A stretch of DNA of 59,277 bases, filler included, from Sphacelaria rigidula (Eukaryota): assembly GCA_964200075.2 (NCBI GenBank). It is 7 parts of 7 records of this genome, joined end to end, with 100 filler letters (N's around TTAATTAATTAA, not from the genome) between each part and the next. Parts side by side here need not be neighbours in the genome. Positions count along the whole stretch, not along the records: positions 1 to 8,384 come from CAXNAA020011316.1; positions 8,485 to 16,867 come from CAXNAA020011317.1; 5 more parts are not named here. One strand, written 5' to 3'. Position numbers and translations under genes: made by a program. Of the stretch, positions 1 through 11,875 are shown piece after piece; position 1 is the stretch's first letter; every line of letters starts with the position of its first letter. Below the pieces are notes generated by a model that ran no database searches, was not told the origin of the DNA, and saw only the letters and a list, made by a program, of their open reading frames with translations.

Positions 1-1408
1 TTATTTTTTGTTATCGCCACTTCCCGAGACAGCCGCGGCTTATACACTGCCTCGTGGGTGTCTCACCATGGACCCACTACGTAATGCAATCATCCCCATT
101 TTGCGGAGTTGATGTTCTCCCACGCCGCACAACATGATCTAGCTCGACTACCTTCATGGTTACCGGGCAAAAAAACGCAAGCGTGCCAAAACCCCCCGGT
201 AACCTGGTTGACTAGCTTACGCAGTGAGTGGCGTGTTTTACAGCGTCATGGCCAACCGACGCCAACCCCATCAGGGGATTGAGGGGGGGGTGGACCTTTA
301 GCGGCTCGCCAGAGTGTCTCACGTTTGGAAGGTGTTCCGGGGGTGTAGCAAAGTGTCCACTAGTGATGGCTTTTAGCGACTACAACAACGGGCCTGGTAT
401 TTGAGTAGATGAGCACCTTCTCTTTGATGAGACGATTAATATGATATGCGGATCACGGCCCAATTTATCCGTAGTACGGATGAGATATGGCCATGGGAGG
501 TTAAATTCCTTTTCAGGCTGGCTCAGCTCATAGCGTAGATGCCGCTTTAGGCTTGCCTTCTACTGTCAAGTTTTTCGAATATCCTGAAGCGGCAACATCG
601 GATGTAAATTGGTCACTTTCACATCAACGAAGGGTTAATGTTGTACTAGGCACCGCGGATTGGGCGTTTTCGCCAAATTGGCTGTCGAAATATTCATTTT
701 AATCTCAATTTAGGTCAGAATTGAGAGCGCAAGACTCTGGCCTGGGTTACCGGAGGTGCCCCGAGGCCATGCAAGAGATCGTTGCAAGTGTGGCTACAGA
801 CTTTGCCGAAAGTCTAGCGTCGTCTTTCACGTCAGCATTTGGTTTTGGAGAGGTCAGGAACATTTTCGTTTCGCAGAGAGTCAAAACTTCCGAGAACATT
901 GCCCCGCTAAGGAGACCCCGAATATTGGCCACGAGTTTACACAACGTTTGTGACGTTTTTCAGGCATGCCTGTGATCAGCAACAGCCGGCGGATGCCAGC
1001 GAGTAAATCAAGAACCAGGTTCACTGAACCCCGTACCAAACGGTATTTGCAGCCGAGAAGTCTCCACAGTACGACAAACGACGCATCATCGCCCTCCAGA
1101 GTAAGCGATACCAAAGGTCTTCTGAGTAACAGGTACGTGGAAGCCATAAACGTTGATGTGGCGTGCAGGAGGCACGTGTTCTCGTAGCCGGCTTTGATAA
1201 GTACACCAGCGTCATACACACCGCGTGCTGGTACTGCGTCGACTTTATATACGAGGCGTAGTGAGGCGTCGACCGCTTGCGGAACACGGGAACGTACCAA
1301 AAAGACCACGGACTAGCTTGCTACAATCTTGCATTTGTTTTCACGGGAAAGACCAAGCAGATCGCAAGCCAGCAAAGCGCAATGTCTGCGAGGTAGGCCG
1401 TAAAATAC

Positions 1409-1574
1409 CTTGGAGGTTGCTGTTGCTCAGATCTAGCTCAACCACGCGGCCTTGGGTGTTGACTTTTACCCCGTCCCAATCCGAGATATCGACACCCGTG
1501 TCCCAGTTACACCGGTTAGCCCCACCGGTTGACCGATACAGAGCAAGTAGTAGGTCACGATCCGTCGAAGCCAT
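1409..1574 (-). pseudogene. LRR N-cap first exon of a brown-algal LRR/ROCO-type protein, probably non-functional
   Basis: Translates MASTDRDLLLALYRSTGGANRCNWDTGVDISDWDGVKVNTQGRVVELDLSNSNLQG, the typical N-cap of Ectocarpus LRR-GTPases. ATG at 1574, possible phase-1 donor at 1408. The usual W after GG is missing, and no LRR exons follow. Confidence 0.65.
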
Positions 1575-2983
1575 TGTAGGGGGAACCTGCTTGGGCGCAG
1601 AAAGGAACGGAGGTTTGTGGGCGAAGAAACATTTCTGAGGTGACGGCAACAACAAAAATGTCTTGAAGTTTAGGGGTTACACCGCTCTCTGTTGGACGTC
1701 TTTCGCGTTTGGTTTGTGCGACCTATACGTTTGGGTGATCGCATCGTGGAATTAAAGGGCTTACGCCGCGGATAACCGATGGCTGTGCCGTGACGAGCGA
1801 AGATGCCACAACGCTTTGCGGCGTTGTCACCATTCTAGGAGAGAGCTTCGACATCTCCGGTCACGGTATACTTTACACGCGGAAATATAGAGTGATGATA
1901 GGGGTGTTCCTTGTGGCACCACTCGCCAGCATGGCCCACCAGTGCCTACCCGCGTCACCTTGCTTTTGGTAAGATCGGTGTGTCGACTTTCTGTTCTGAT
2001 GTCTCGCCTCCCATCTGGAGAGCTAGCACAAGTTGAGTAGACTTCACTATAACATCAACACACGCCACGCTCAGCCCCCCAGTCCCTACTCGCTGCACGC
2101 ATCGACACACAGAACGTGAAGTTCGCGGCTCACACAACCTCAAAATAGTACCGCAGTTCTGGTTTCGGGAACCGGTGCTAGGGAGACATGCAAGAGAGAG
2201 AGGTAACCGCAAACCAAAGCAAGAACGGCGTCGTACTTCCACAGCACAAGGTTTTTCGTGCGTCTTGACGCCGCTCCTAATCGCAAATAAAATGCATCGT
2301 ATTTGTTTGCTACTTCTGATGTACATCACTTGTCATGGAAGAAAAAATGTTCACGGTGTTGTGATAATTGGCTCGTGTTGTATGGTACTGTTCTTGAGAC
2401 AGACCGACTACTGTCAAGCAGACAGGAGTGTGTGCAGGGCTTACGCCGTGGTGATTAGACCACTTGCTCCTTCAGCAGCAGATCGAAAAACGAATGGTGT
2501 TTCGGGCTCGTCACTTGGCCGAACAAAAACAAGCAGCCTCTTTTCATAGCAGAGGGCTGAGGAAACGAAGCAGAGTGAATACATGGGCGATGGCGGTGAT
2601 CGACTCCAAGCATTCCCAAACCTGAAACAAAAAGCCAAGATCTCCACGTACATGAGATCAAATCGTATCATCCAATTCAACCTGGCTACTGCTGACGCGG
2701 CAGCCTTACCAGCTCTTTAGCTTAGATCAACTTCAACCTTGCACACAAGATATATTCCAGTTTACGTGGCCTAAATACTCTGCTAGAGTATCCAGCATTG
2801 ACAAACCATGGCAATACACTCCTTATTGTAGTATGCTATGTGCTCAGGTGGCTACATGTGTAAGGATATCTATATGGAAGACACGAATGAAAGGGTGCTA
2901 CATGATACGTAGTTTCGTTGAAACGCAACGGGTTGTACCGCTTATCATTGTTGCAACGACGTCATTCGAACGCAATGAACATA

Positions 2984-3576
2984 CTTCCTCTGTCTCATAA
3001 GTCTGTGCCGTTATGTTTAAACGAGTGCTTAACGGTGTCCGATTTGATTTTCGATTCTTTTACTGCATTCGTAGGCGTTTTTTGAGATAAAAGCAAAACT
3101 CTTTCTGCAACATGGGTGCTTGACACGTGCAGCCTCGCGACCGAGAAAAAGTGGGTCGGTCAAAATATGGCCATTTTCCGCTGTTTTCCCCAGTAAAGCA
3201 TAGCAGGCCCGGAAATCGCGAAAATTCGTGGGAAAAGTGTCAAAACCGCAAAACCACCAGTGATTTGGATATCTCCGTGACGTAAACCTACGCACGCCCT
3301 ATCAAACAATTTTTCAGCATGTGATCGCTATTGCTCGACGGAAAAATGTCCGAAATCGGTCAACATTGGGGTAGAAGTGGACCAAAAAGGGCCAAAATGG
3401 GGTATATTTTGACCTAGTTTTAGTGTACAAGATCATCTCCGATTTTGTTTTGTTTTTTGGTGAGCTTTGTATGTGTTTTGTCGTTCTAACGCACCCGGCC
3501 AAAGGCTAAACGTCAAAGAATAAGTACCTCTACGGCTAAGCGCCCATAACGGCACAGACTTATGAGACAGAGGAAG
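2984..3576. mobile_element. Tc1/mariner (Stowaway-like) non-autonomous TIR element
   Basis: Perfect 32-bp TIRs (CTTCCTCTGTCTCATAAGTCTGTGCCGTTATG at 2984-3015 and its reverse complement at 3545-3576), flanked by TA on both sides. Confidence 0.85.
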
Positions 3577-4157
3577 TAGACTGTTATCATCTAGATTCTG
3601 CAACACCTCCCCATGAATGACAGGTTGCTACCAAAGGAAAGAATGCACTCAACACGTTAAGTGTAGTAGTAAGCAATGCAGTAGGACGGAAAAAACAACA
3701 CACACCAACTGTTGTACCATTCCTCGTTTATACTGTACTATAATTTTTTTATGTTCCACTAACGTCAGCCCGATAGTATTGATAGACCTATTAAATAGGC
3801 ATCAAATTCAATGAACATTGTAGAACGGAATTCCTTGAACCCTGTAAAAACAACGAAAAATACTAATGTGCGCGACGAAATCATCCCGAAAGGCATCAAA
3901 TGCCTATATATACCTCGCGAAAATGAACGAATAGAACATCGTTCACGCACATAAAATATCAGCCCGCAAATTGCTCCTTGACACAGAGTTGAACCACAGG
4001 GTTCACTACATGCGCTTGGATTTCGCGGCGTGTCCCCTGGTGCTTGTATCGCATCACAACACGCTCTCAAAATATAAAAAATCAAGACGAAAAAAACTCC
4101 AACACCCTAAACCTCATACATCACATTATTCTCGTACAGACCAATAGGTCTCATTAA

Positions 4158-4254
4158 CCCTTAGATCGCGAGGTTAGTCGTCTGTCGAATCGGCATCAAT
4201 TTCGAGTGAAAAAAGTATGCATGATCCGGAAAGACTAATCTCGCGGTCTAAGGG
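4158..4254 (+). mobile_element. 97-bp piggyBac-like MITE, copy 1
   Basis: TTAA|CCCTTAGATCGCGAGGTTAGTC ... GACTAATCTCGCGGTCTAAGGG|TTAA. Three more copies occur in the window. Confidence 0.85.
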
Positions 4255-4329
4255 TTAAGCGTACATGGCTCAATTTCAAGTCACCAAATACCGATCCCTG
4301 TACTAGATCAATATGATATATTTTTACTA

Positions 4330-7300
4330 ATTATATTTTTATATACTATTATAGTTGCCTTGGGACCGATCTATCTACTAGACAACAATGGATACGATTG
4401 AGTGAGAGGATATCGAACTCCTCGGGTTGCTCTGCAGCCCATCCCCTGGTCAAAGCAATGAGCACGTTGGGATCTAAAAATACAAGATATGTGCCCTAAT
4501 GTTCAATCGGGGGAGAGACCTAATGAAATCAAGGATCGTAGGGTATTCACCCTGATCAAGGAATCCGAAGCGCCGCGGTTCGCTTGCCATTCTTCGCCCA
4601 GCTTCCCAGCTCTGTCCTGGGACTCCTACGTGCTGCACATATCTACTTCGGCACCCTCGGTCAATGGTGGTTCCTGAAATCAATAAAAGGATGGTCTTGG
4701 GACCGGTGCGTTACCGAGACGGGTGCCTGCGGGGGGTGTGACACCATGGTGTCTCATCGCCTGGTGGCAAGAGTTGTGGTTGGTACTGATGTAAACACCA
4801 AGGCGTCTTGCTTGTCTGCGCATACCGCGGTTGGCTCGTCCACGGTTGTTCCCGGCGTTTCCTATGATGGAGTTGATGGCGTTGTTTGCGTGTCCGCTCA
4901 TATTGGAAAATGGGTAGTGCGTGATGAATTGATGATAGATGGTGATGATGCAGGTGTTGGCTGTGAGTTGGTCGTGTCGGAGTGCAGCGGATGGGTCGTG
5001 AAGTATATCGCCTCGGTGATGACGTACGCAATCGAAGATGAATTGAAGCTGATGTATATTTTACTCGAAGCTGATGGATGCTTTCCCGGGCGGTACCACT
5101 CATTTCCCACATCCGGGGCCGGCTTGTAGCAGTCGTCGGTGACTTATATTCTCGCAGTGTTTTGCAAGGATATCGGAGTGTTGGTCCTTCATCCTGACGT
5201 TGTTGACTATCAGCTGGTCGTTATTCATCAGGTCCTTCAGGCTGTAGAACCTCCTAGCAAGATGGTTGCTAGTGCTTCTGTAGTTCGCATTCTATGACAG
5301 GTGGAGGGCTCCCCGGGAATCGGAGAAGATGGTTGGAGGCCGGATAGACGACGACTCCAGCTTTCGCAGGATATTGAAAAAATATGTACCGAACGTTCCT
5401 CCCCTCGCCAGGGCTATCAGCTTGGCCTCGGTCGTTGAAGTGGGTATAGTCAGTTGTGGGTTTGAAGAGAAATGAATAGGTCCATTTGCCAGGAACATCA
5501 TCATGCCTGCAGTGGATCTCATTTTCCCTTCGGCTCCAAAATTTCCGTCTGAGGAATCGCAGAAGTCTTTCAGATCCAGATTAGTTTTGGAGACGCTGTA
5601 GATAATGGGAAAATCCGGCGTGCCTTTCATGGAGCGAAAAAAACGCTTTGCGGCTGCAAAATGTGGAGTAGTGGGTTTGCCCATATAGCGCGCAACCTGA
5701 GGAACGCTGAACGTGCGCTGTGACAAGAAGATATAGCTTCCAACAATGGCTTGGTACTGTGTAGTCGCTTATCGGTCCAAATGATGCTCCTCCGTGTTTT
5801 GTCGGTTGTTCGTGATGCCTGGTGTGGGTACTGCATTGCAGGAGCCCATTTTGTGTAGGAGCAAGACGACATATTTGTGCTGAGACAGTTTCAAGGTTCC
5901 TCGTTCCGTATCGCGAATAACCTCCAGGCCGAGGATGAGAGACATTTGTCCAAGCTCCGAGATGAAGTCCTTCGTCTTGAGGGTATCTCGAACGTCTTGA
6001 AGCTTCATGGAGGGTCCAGTGATGATGTCGTCAGCGAACAATGTCAACATGACATACTTGTCATTTTGTCCTCTTGTATACATGCAAGGGCTACTTGCAG
6101 TGGCAGTAAACTCAATTTCCCTCAACTCGGAGTCGATGGTTAAGGTCCAGACATTTTGACACTAATTCAGTCCATACAACGCTCTAGTAGAGCGCATTAC
6201 ATGAGGTTGCACGGTAGCAGGGTCCCTCCCTAGTCTCAAATCCTGGTGACTGCTTGTAGAAAATGGTTTCCTGCAGTTTTCCATTCAACCGTCTGAACGT
6301 CAAGCGCAAGTATGGGTACGTTTTGGCGTTAGCGAGTGCGAGAAGAATTCGTTAGCTTTTGAGCCTACAAACAGGTGCAAAGGGTACTCCCGCAAACAAA
6401 TCTATGTCATTGAGCTCATCCTTCAACAACGAGTCAAGCCTTGAAGCGTCCGTCAGCTTTGACCTTATAAACCCAACGCGTGCCAGTTATGCTGTTGTTC
6501 GGGGGTCCAACTCCAGCTGGAATGACATCAGCCGCGCGACGATCTTGGATGCTACGGAGCTCTTCAAAATAGTTGTACTCCACTTTGGTGCGTACCGTGA
6601 GGAAGAAGCCTGCTTGAAGATGCTTGGGACGGGAATGGATGCTGGTGGAACGACGCTTTCAATGCCAACCGTTGCAATATATTGCGAAACCGTTTCCAAG
6701 ACCATGGATGGATGTGAAGTTTCTGCCGTAAGGGCTAGCTTGCGCGGTTCTCGGGATTGCTGTAACATGCCGTGATCGTCAGTGCGGATTGGAATTTGAT
6801 GTTTCCAAGGTCCACGTGAGAGGTGACGGAAAGTATGATTGAAATGCCCTTCGGATGTTTGTTCGACAGGTGAGAAGAGATGTTTTCCCAGGCCCGGAAC
6901 AAGGGTTTCTGGAAGGCGGACGGAGTGCTGGTTTCCCTGCTGGTCACTGACAATGGAGTGGAGCACCCCTTTTCTTGTTCCGTAAAGTAGATGGCGTCCA
7001 GCTGTAAGGATTCTCATGGGAGGATCACGTTATACATGGCCAAGCATCTTTTCAATATTAGGCAGTAGCTGATCGTCCAAGTAATGGTGGGATGCCCCTG
7101 AGTCATAGACCATCTTGAATGGTATAGAAACAGGTGTACGAATGTTGCCTTCGTTCGCAGGGCAAGAAAACAAAGTAAACCCCAAACCCCCTGGTGGCGG
7201 GTATGCATCGATCACTGTTGAAGCTGAAGGTCTGCTGATTTCTTGAACTTGCTCATTGGAAGGTACACTAATCGATGCAGTGGTTGATGCAGAATCCATG

Positions 7301-8156
7301 GTGACAGTATTTGCTTGATTCAGATGGTCGTTGATGTTCTATGCGCTGGAGCCGGAGTCGTTGATGCTGTGGCGGCTGTTCTGACGACGGCAATTGAAAT
7401 ATTCTTGTTGTGGTTGTTGTTATTGCCACTGCTCTTGTACGTACTGCCGTTGGTGACTTGATTATTGCACTCAGAAGTATCGTGTTCATCAGTATGACGT
7501 AGACTGCACCATTTCACAGGCCTGTTCGCGTTGTTTTACTGTCTTCTGGAACGACAGTCACGCATATGGTGGCCTGGTTTTCCACAGGAATAGCACTCTC
7601 CAGTGAATTGGTAGATGTTGCTGATGAATCAAGCGGCGATGCCGCTATCATGGCTGACTCCCGAACACGTACCCCCTTCGACAAAATACCTCGTGCAACG
7701 CGATTATAGTACATGTTCCGCATGGTGACTTCAACGTGGGAAATGCTAAAATCGGGGTCACGCTCGGCATTTTACTTCATCTGATCGTAGTCGTCAATCC
7801 CTTGGTTACGATGTCCGTTAGACGCTCTTCGGAGATTGCCTCACCCATGTACACGAGCTGGTCACGAAGTTGGTAGATGTTGGTCATGAACACATCGGGG
7901 TCCTGTCCGGGAGAGATTCGCATGTGCATGGTGCCGATTCAGCAGTAGACTATAAGGCTGACTCTCAATCGTATACGCTCCTCTCAATGTCGCAAAAAGC
8001 TCGTTAGTGATAGCACCGCCGCTGGACCGTACTAATCACCAACTGTGCAACAGAGTACAAGCATCGCACTATTCACTGTGAAGTAGAGGAAGCGTTCGTA
8101 ACATAAGTTCGTGACAGACAACAGTAGCGGTGCTTCTGAAACGTACGAGCTGGGCC
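4330..8156 (-). mobile_element. Degenerate Ty1/Copia LTR retrotransposon (gag, protease, RT, RNase H; integrase absent); ends approximate
   Basis: gag (..PGQDPDVF.., MRNMYYNR), protease (YDSGASHHY; LVPGLGKHLFS), RT (CMYTRG..LTLFADD) and RNase H (FCDS..RSTAG..STTEAKLIA..IFSDSRGA). Many stops and frameshifts. Candidate PPT plus LTR start (ATGGGGAGG|TGTTG) on the minus strand at about 3614-3601. Confidence 0.85.
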
Positions 8157-8384
8157 AGCCTAGAGGCGGATTTGTTGTTTGCGGGCCCATTCGCCGGCCA
8201 ATATCAAGAGTTCGAGCCTACAATTTGGTAGGGACAATTGATAGGGCAAACCAAAAAAGATGACGAAAGCACCCCAAGATATTTGTTTCTATAAGTTGAG
8301 GGCATTTTACTAATACTTCCTCTGGGGCGAAATATAAGCTCGTTTGGAAAAGCGCAAAATATAAGCTCGATTTACTAACAGGCG

Positions 8385-8484
8385 NNNNNNNNNNNNNNNN
8401 NNNNNNNNNNNNNNNNNNNNNNNNNNNNTTAATTAATTAANNNNNNNNNNNNNNNNNNNNNNNNNNNNNNNNNNNNNNNNNNNN
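8385..8484. other. Artificial contig linker (N-TTAATTAATTAA-N); also at 16868-16967, 25351-25450, 33833-33932, 42315-42414 and 50797-50896
   Basis: Identical 100-bp spacers carrying a six-frame stop motif, separating contigs of monotonically decreasing length. Confidence 0.97.
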
Positions 8485-9428
8485 ATTTTAATCCTCCGGG
8501 TTCTCATCCTCAATCAAAAGCACCATCCTCAACATAGATGATTGGCTGTTTAGAATAGAATCGGAGACTTGATCCGGTTTTCTCACAGCTAACCGAAAAA
8601 ACTTGCCCAACGGACTGGGATCCGAAAAATCAATGCACGGGAAAAAAGCGCCTGCAGACGGACTGCATTCGTCATATTTGTACAAATCGAGATTCGTTGC
8701 CATAAAAGATGGTCCAAGTACCTGGGTATTCCTACGATAACAGAGTATAATATTATGCTCTTCAACTTATTATAGCCTCTGCAAGACAATCTGGACAACA
8801 AGAGGACGTTCAATTTGGCTACAAACTCTACGTAACATCTGGGTATAAAGTGGAGATCATGCGCAATAACTCTACCCATTTTCGGGGTGCTTGCAGAGAA
8901 CCAAGATCATACCCAACTTTACCCAATACATGGGTAGAGTAAGCACCCGCGTATTTTGCCCGGGTACTCAAAAATACATATTGTACCTCCTGTGACGGCC
9001 GTCACATAGCTTATTATCTGAAGCACCCTTGTACATGATGTGCCTATTATTATTGTGTGCCTTCCGAAGCGTGTATGGTGCACTCGTTGCTACCACAATG
9101 CTAACAAGTGGACGCATACATGCAAGAAAAAACAAGGCATCCTTGCACCTATACCTTCACTTCGGTGTGAATTTGATGTCGCGAATATATTTTCCCTCAA
9201 CCCCCCTCAACCCCCCTCGACTTCCCCTCTTCGAACAACGGGACGTGATTAAAGTGAAGGTGTGTGTGAGAACTTGGATGGCAAACGGGACATTATTGAG
9301 GGTGTAATCTATTGTGAAAAGGTGGAGTTCCAGCATAAAAAAAAAAAACGCTGTGTCTGTGGCCCTTGGCCCGCTACATCAGGTTCTCCGGCTGTACCTG
9401 TCCTGGCGCGTGAGCTATCTTCGGGATC

Positions 9429-9431
9429 ATG
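9429..9431 (+). CDS. RPL39: 60S ribosomal protein L39 (eL39), putative exon 1 (ATG only)
   Basis: ATCATG|GTAGGC is the best ATG-plus-donor seen upstream of exon 2. An ATG-only first coding exon is common for RPL39. Confidence 0.55.
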
Positions 9432-10444
9432 GTAGGCTCCCATTTGATGACATTGCCACACGTTCGTAGGCATTAGTATCTTGTCTCGATTTTCTGAGTG
9501 TTTTGTTTTAGCTGTGCAACAAAGGTCGAAACGTCGAGGTGATGCGGCCTTGCCTGTGCTGTTCGTTCGGTTGTGTTTTACTAGTTACTGGGTAGACGGG
9601 GGTGTTCACTGTACCGCAAGGGCTGGACTTGTATGCTTCACTGGAGGCACGACTTTGTCAATCTAGCGTTGCTGGCTTATGAAATAAATACCCCAGTACC
9701 TCAATCGCAAGCATTGCGATGTCGCTCTTGGGGCTGTACCATGGGGTCGCTGCTACCTCTTGGTTGCCACCGCTGCAGTTTCTGTCGACGTGGGAGCGCG
9801 TGATGTTGGCGCAAGTAGTCGCACACCACCAGCAGACTCAGCACGGTTTTGACTGTTATCCAGGCCATCATCAGGGTCTCCCAGCGTACAATTCCACAGT
9901 TTCTTCGACTTTAATCGCTGCCTATGCAGTGAAAACTGTAGGAGGAGAGAAATATGCGGAGATGGAGGGGGAGGGGTCGACGTATCCCACCTCTGCTTGG
10001 GGTGGTGCGATTTCCGTCTTGTATGTGATTCGTGTGTTGTACAGACAGTGTAACCAGTACGGAAGGTGCGGTTGCTGCTGTGAGGGAGCAACCGAGTACT
10101 ACAAGTTGTTGCTGTTTGCGAGGTGGCTGGTGATATTGCCCAACAAGAAGTGCTGATGTTCCCGCTATGCACCTGCTTGATCGCATGTAGTGTTGGAGCC
10201 ATGCTTGCTGCGATGTTCCCGATATCATATCTGCAAGCTGCTCCATACGCCGTGCTTATATGTACGGTGTCTTCCTGCCTTGACCACTTAGGAAGCTCTA
10301 ACAGTATAAAGTAGGACGGCAGACGGTCGCATGGCGTCACCCTCGCATCAGTAATGCCTCCATATTGCAGCTGGAGTACCAGCGTAGCACAACAGCGTGC
10401 AGTTATGCATGTGCAGCTGCGTGCACTCGCTTGCGAAGACTGAG

Positions 10445-10586
10445 ATGATGAAAACCCTGTGTTAGTTGCTCTGGAACGCCGGCACAGACATGGGGTGTTG
10501 TATAACGGTAGTCCCGTACACGAGGCTGCGCACAATCCCACCGAATCAAAACCGTCCTCACTGATCCGTTCAGCGGGTTCTGATCA
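10445..10586 (+). ncRNA. Candidate intronic box C/D snoRNA
   Basis: Box C ATGATGA at 10445-10451 and box D CTGA at 10580-10583, with a short TGA/TCA terminal stem. GTTCAGCGGGT sits just before box D and is complementary to LSU rRNA ACCCGCUGAA(C/U). Confidence 0.4.
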
Positions 10587-10967
10587 AGAAAACACCCAGC
10601 AGTGACATCTGCCGTTGTATTGCGGTACTCGATGTCTCCAGCTTCTCTACACCCCCACTCTCCCCGGCACGGCTGCTGCGCGTCCGAAGCAGGCCGACGC
10701 GCTTCCCCTTGCAGCACGCTAGGTCGTGTTTCTGAGAGCTCAATCCTCTGCAAGATGCTTATCTGCCCGAGTCACCAGGACAGATCTCATTTGTCCTTCT
10801 CGTAAAAGTAGGGCGCGTGAGGCTTGTGTGATTTCGATGATGAGGACTGTACTGTGTTGTGTGATTTCTGATGAGACACGCTCGATCTTCCTCATGGCAA
10901 CTCCGCTTCTTCTCCCCCCTCCCCTTGCTTTGCTATCGCGCTTTACATCTTGTCAACTGATCCACAG

Positions 10968-11071
10968 CCTTCCCACAAGACCTTCCGCACCAAGGTGACC
11001 TTGGGCAAAAAGCAAAAGCAGAACAGGCCGATCCCTCACTGGATTCGTCTGCGTACGGACAACAAGATCCG
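10968..11071 (+). CDS. RPL39: 60S ribosomal protein L39, exon 2
   Basis: CAG|CCT...CG|GTGAGA encodes [35 protein letters not shown]. Confidence 0.96.
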
Positions 11072-11371
11072 GTGAGACGCTGTTTCTGTTTCGAGGATTC
11101 GTTTTTTTTTTCGCGTTTTGGGCGGCTTCTTACGTGTACAAGGAATGGTGTTTTTTCTAAAAATATTTTGAGACTATTTCTTTGTAACCGATTCATACGA
11201 GGTTTAAATTTTCCACGTCACCGTGCCGGCGTGAATTTCGAAGGTGGGGTATTTTACAGTAAGGCCGTGTCTTATCACGACCCTGAAAAAAAGGTGAAAA
11301 TGAACAAGCGTCCAACAGCAGTTCGTAGTTTGATCGTCGGGCGGTAGTCTCCCGATCTAAGCAGAAACGCT

Positions 11372-11543
11372 TGCATTTCCCGCTGGCCGCAATTTAATTG
11401 TTGACGGAATACAAATTTTCAATGAGAAACGGGGAAGCAACCAAAATACTGGGGGAGATTTTGATCATCTGACTGTTTTTCACTAAAGATTCGTGTTCGG
11501 CCTGATTTAATCAAGGACCAAAGTGCGGCCAGCGGGAAATGCA
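11372..11543. mobile_element. Short MITE-like inverted-repeat element in RPL39 intron 2
   Basis: TGCATTTCCCGCTGGCCGCA (11372-11391) and its exact reverse complement (11524-11543). Confidence 0.6.
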
Positions 11544-11875
11544 GAGTTGCCCTAGAATGGTCTCAATGAGTATAGCAAGCATTCTAAGGCATGAACATCC
11601 GCGTAACCCTCTTTCGAGCGTAAGTCGACGGAGAAGTGCTCAAAGTGCAGTTCTCGACAGGAAATTTGAACAGCTCACAGTAGAGTTGGCCTCAACGGCC
11701 TGAAATGGTCATAGCTGTACGACAACGGATTGGTTGCCATACAGGATGGCTCAACTCGTGCGTTGTCTGGGCGTTTTTGGAGCGTGTCTTACGCTCAGGC
11801 GAGGCATACTGCACCACACAACAGTCACCGGTTAGGGGGTGTATGCGATTCAGTCCTCCTTCACGTAGTTCTGGG

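Noticed and set aside
8385..8484. Recurrent TTAATTAATTAA motif as a biological signal
   Set aside because: Assembly linker embedded in Ns.
9719..10541. ORFs of 145 and 262 aa
   Set aside because: No recognisable motifs; they lie inside the inferred RPL39 intron 1.
10837..10871. Second C/D box pair (also 9444-9496)
   Set aside because: Too short, and no rRNA-complementary guide that I could recognise.
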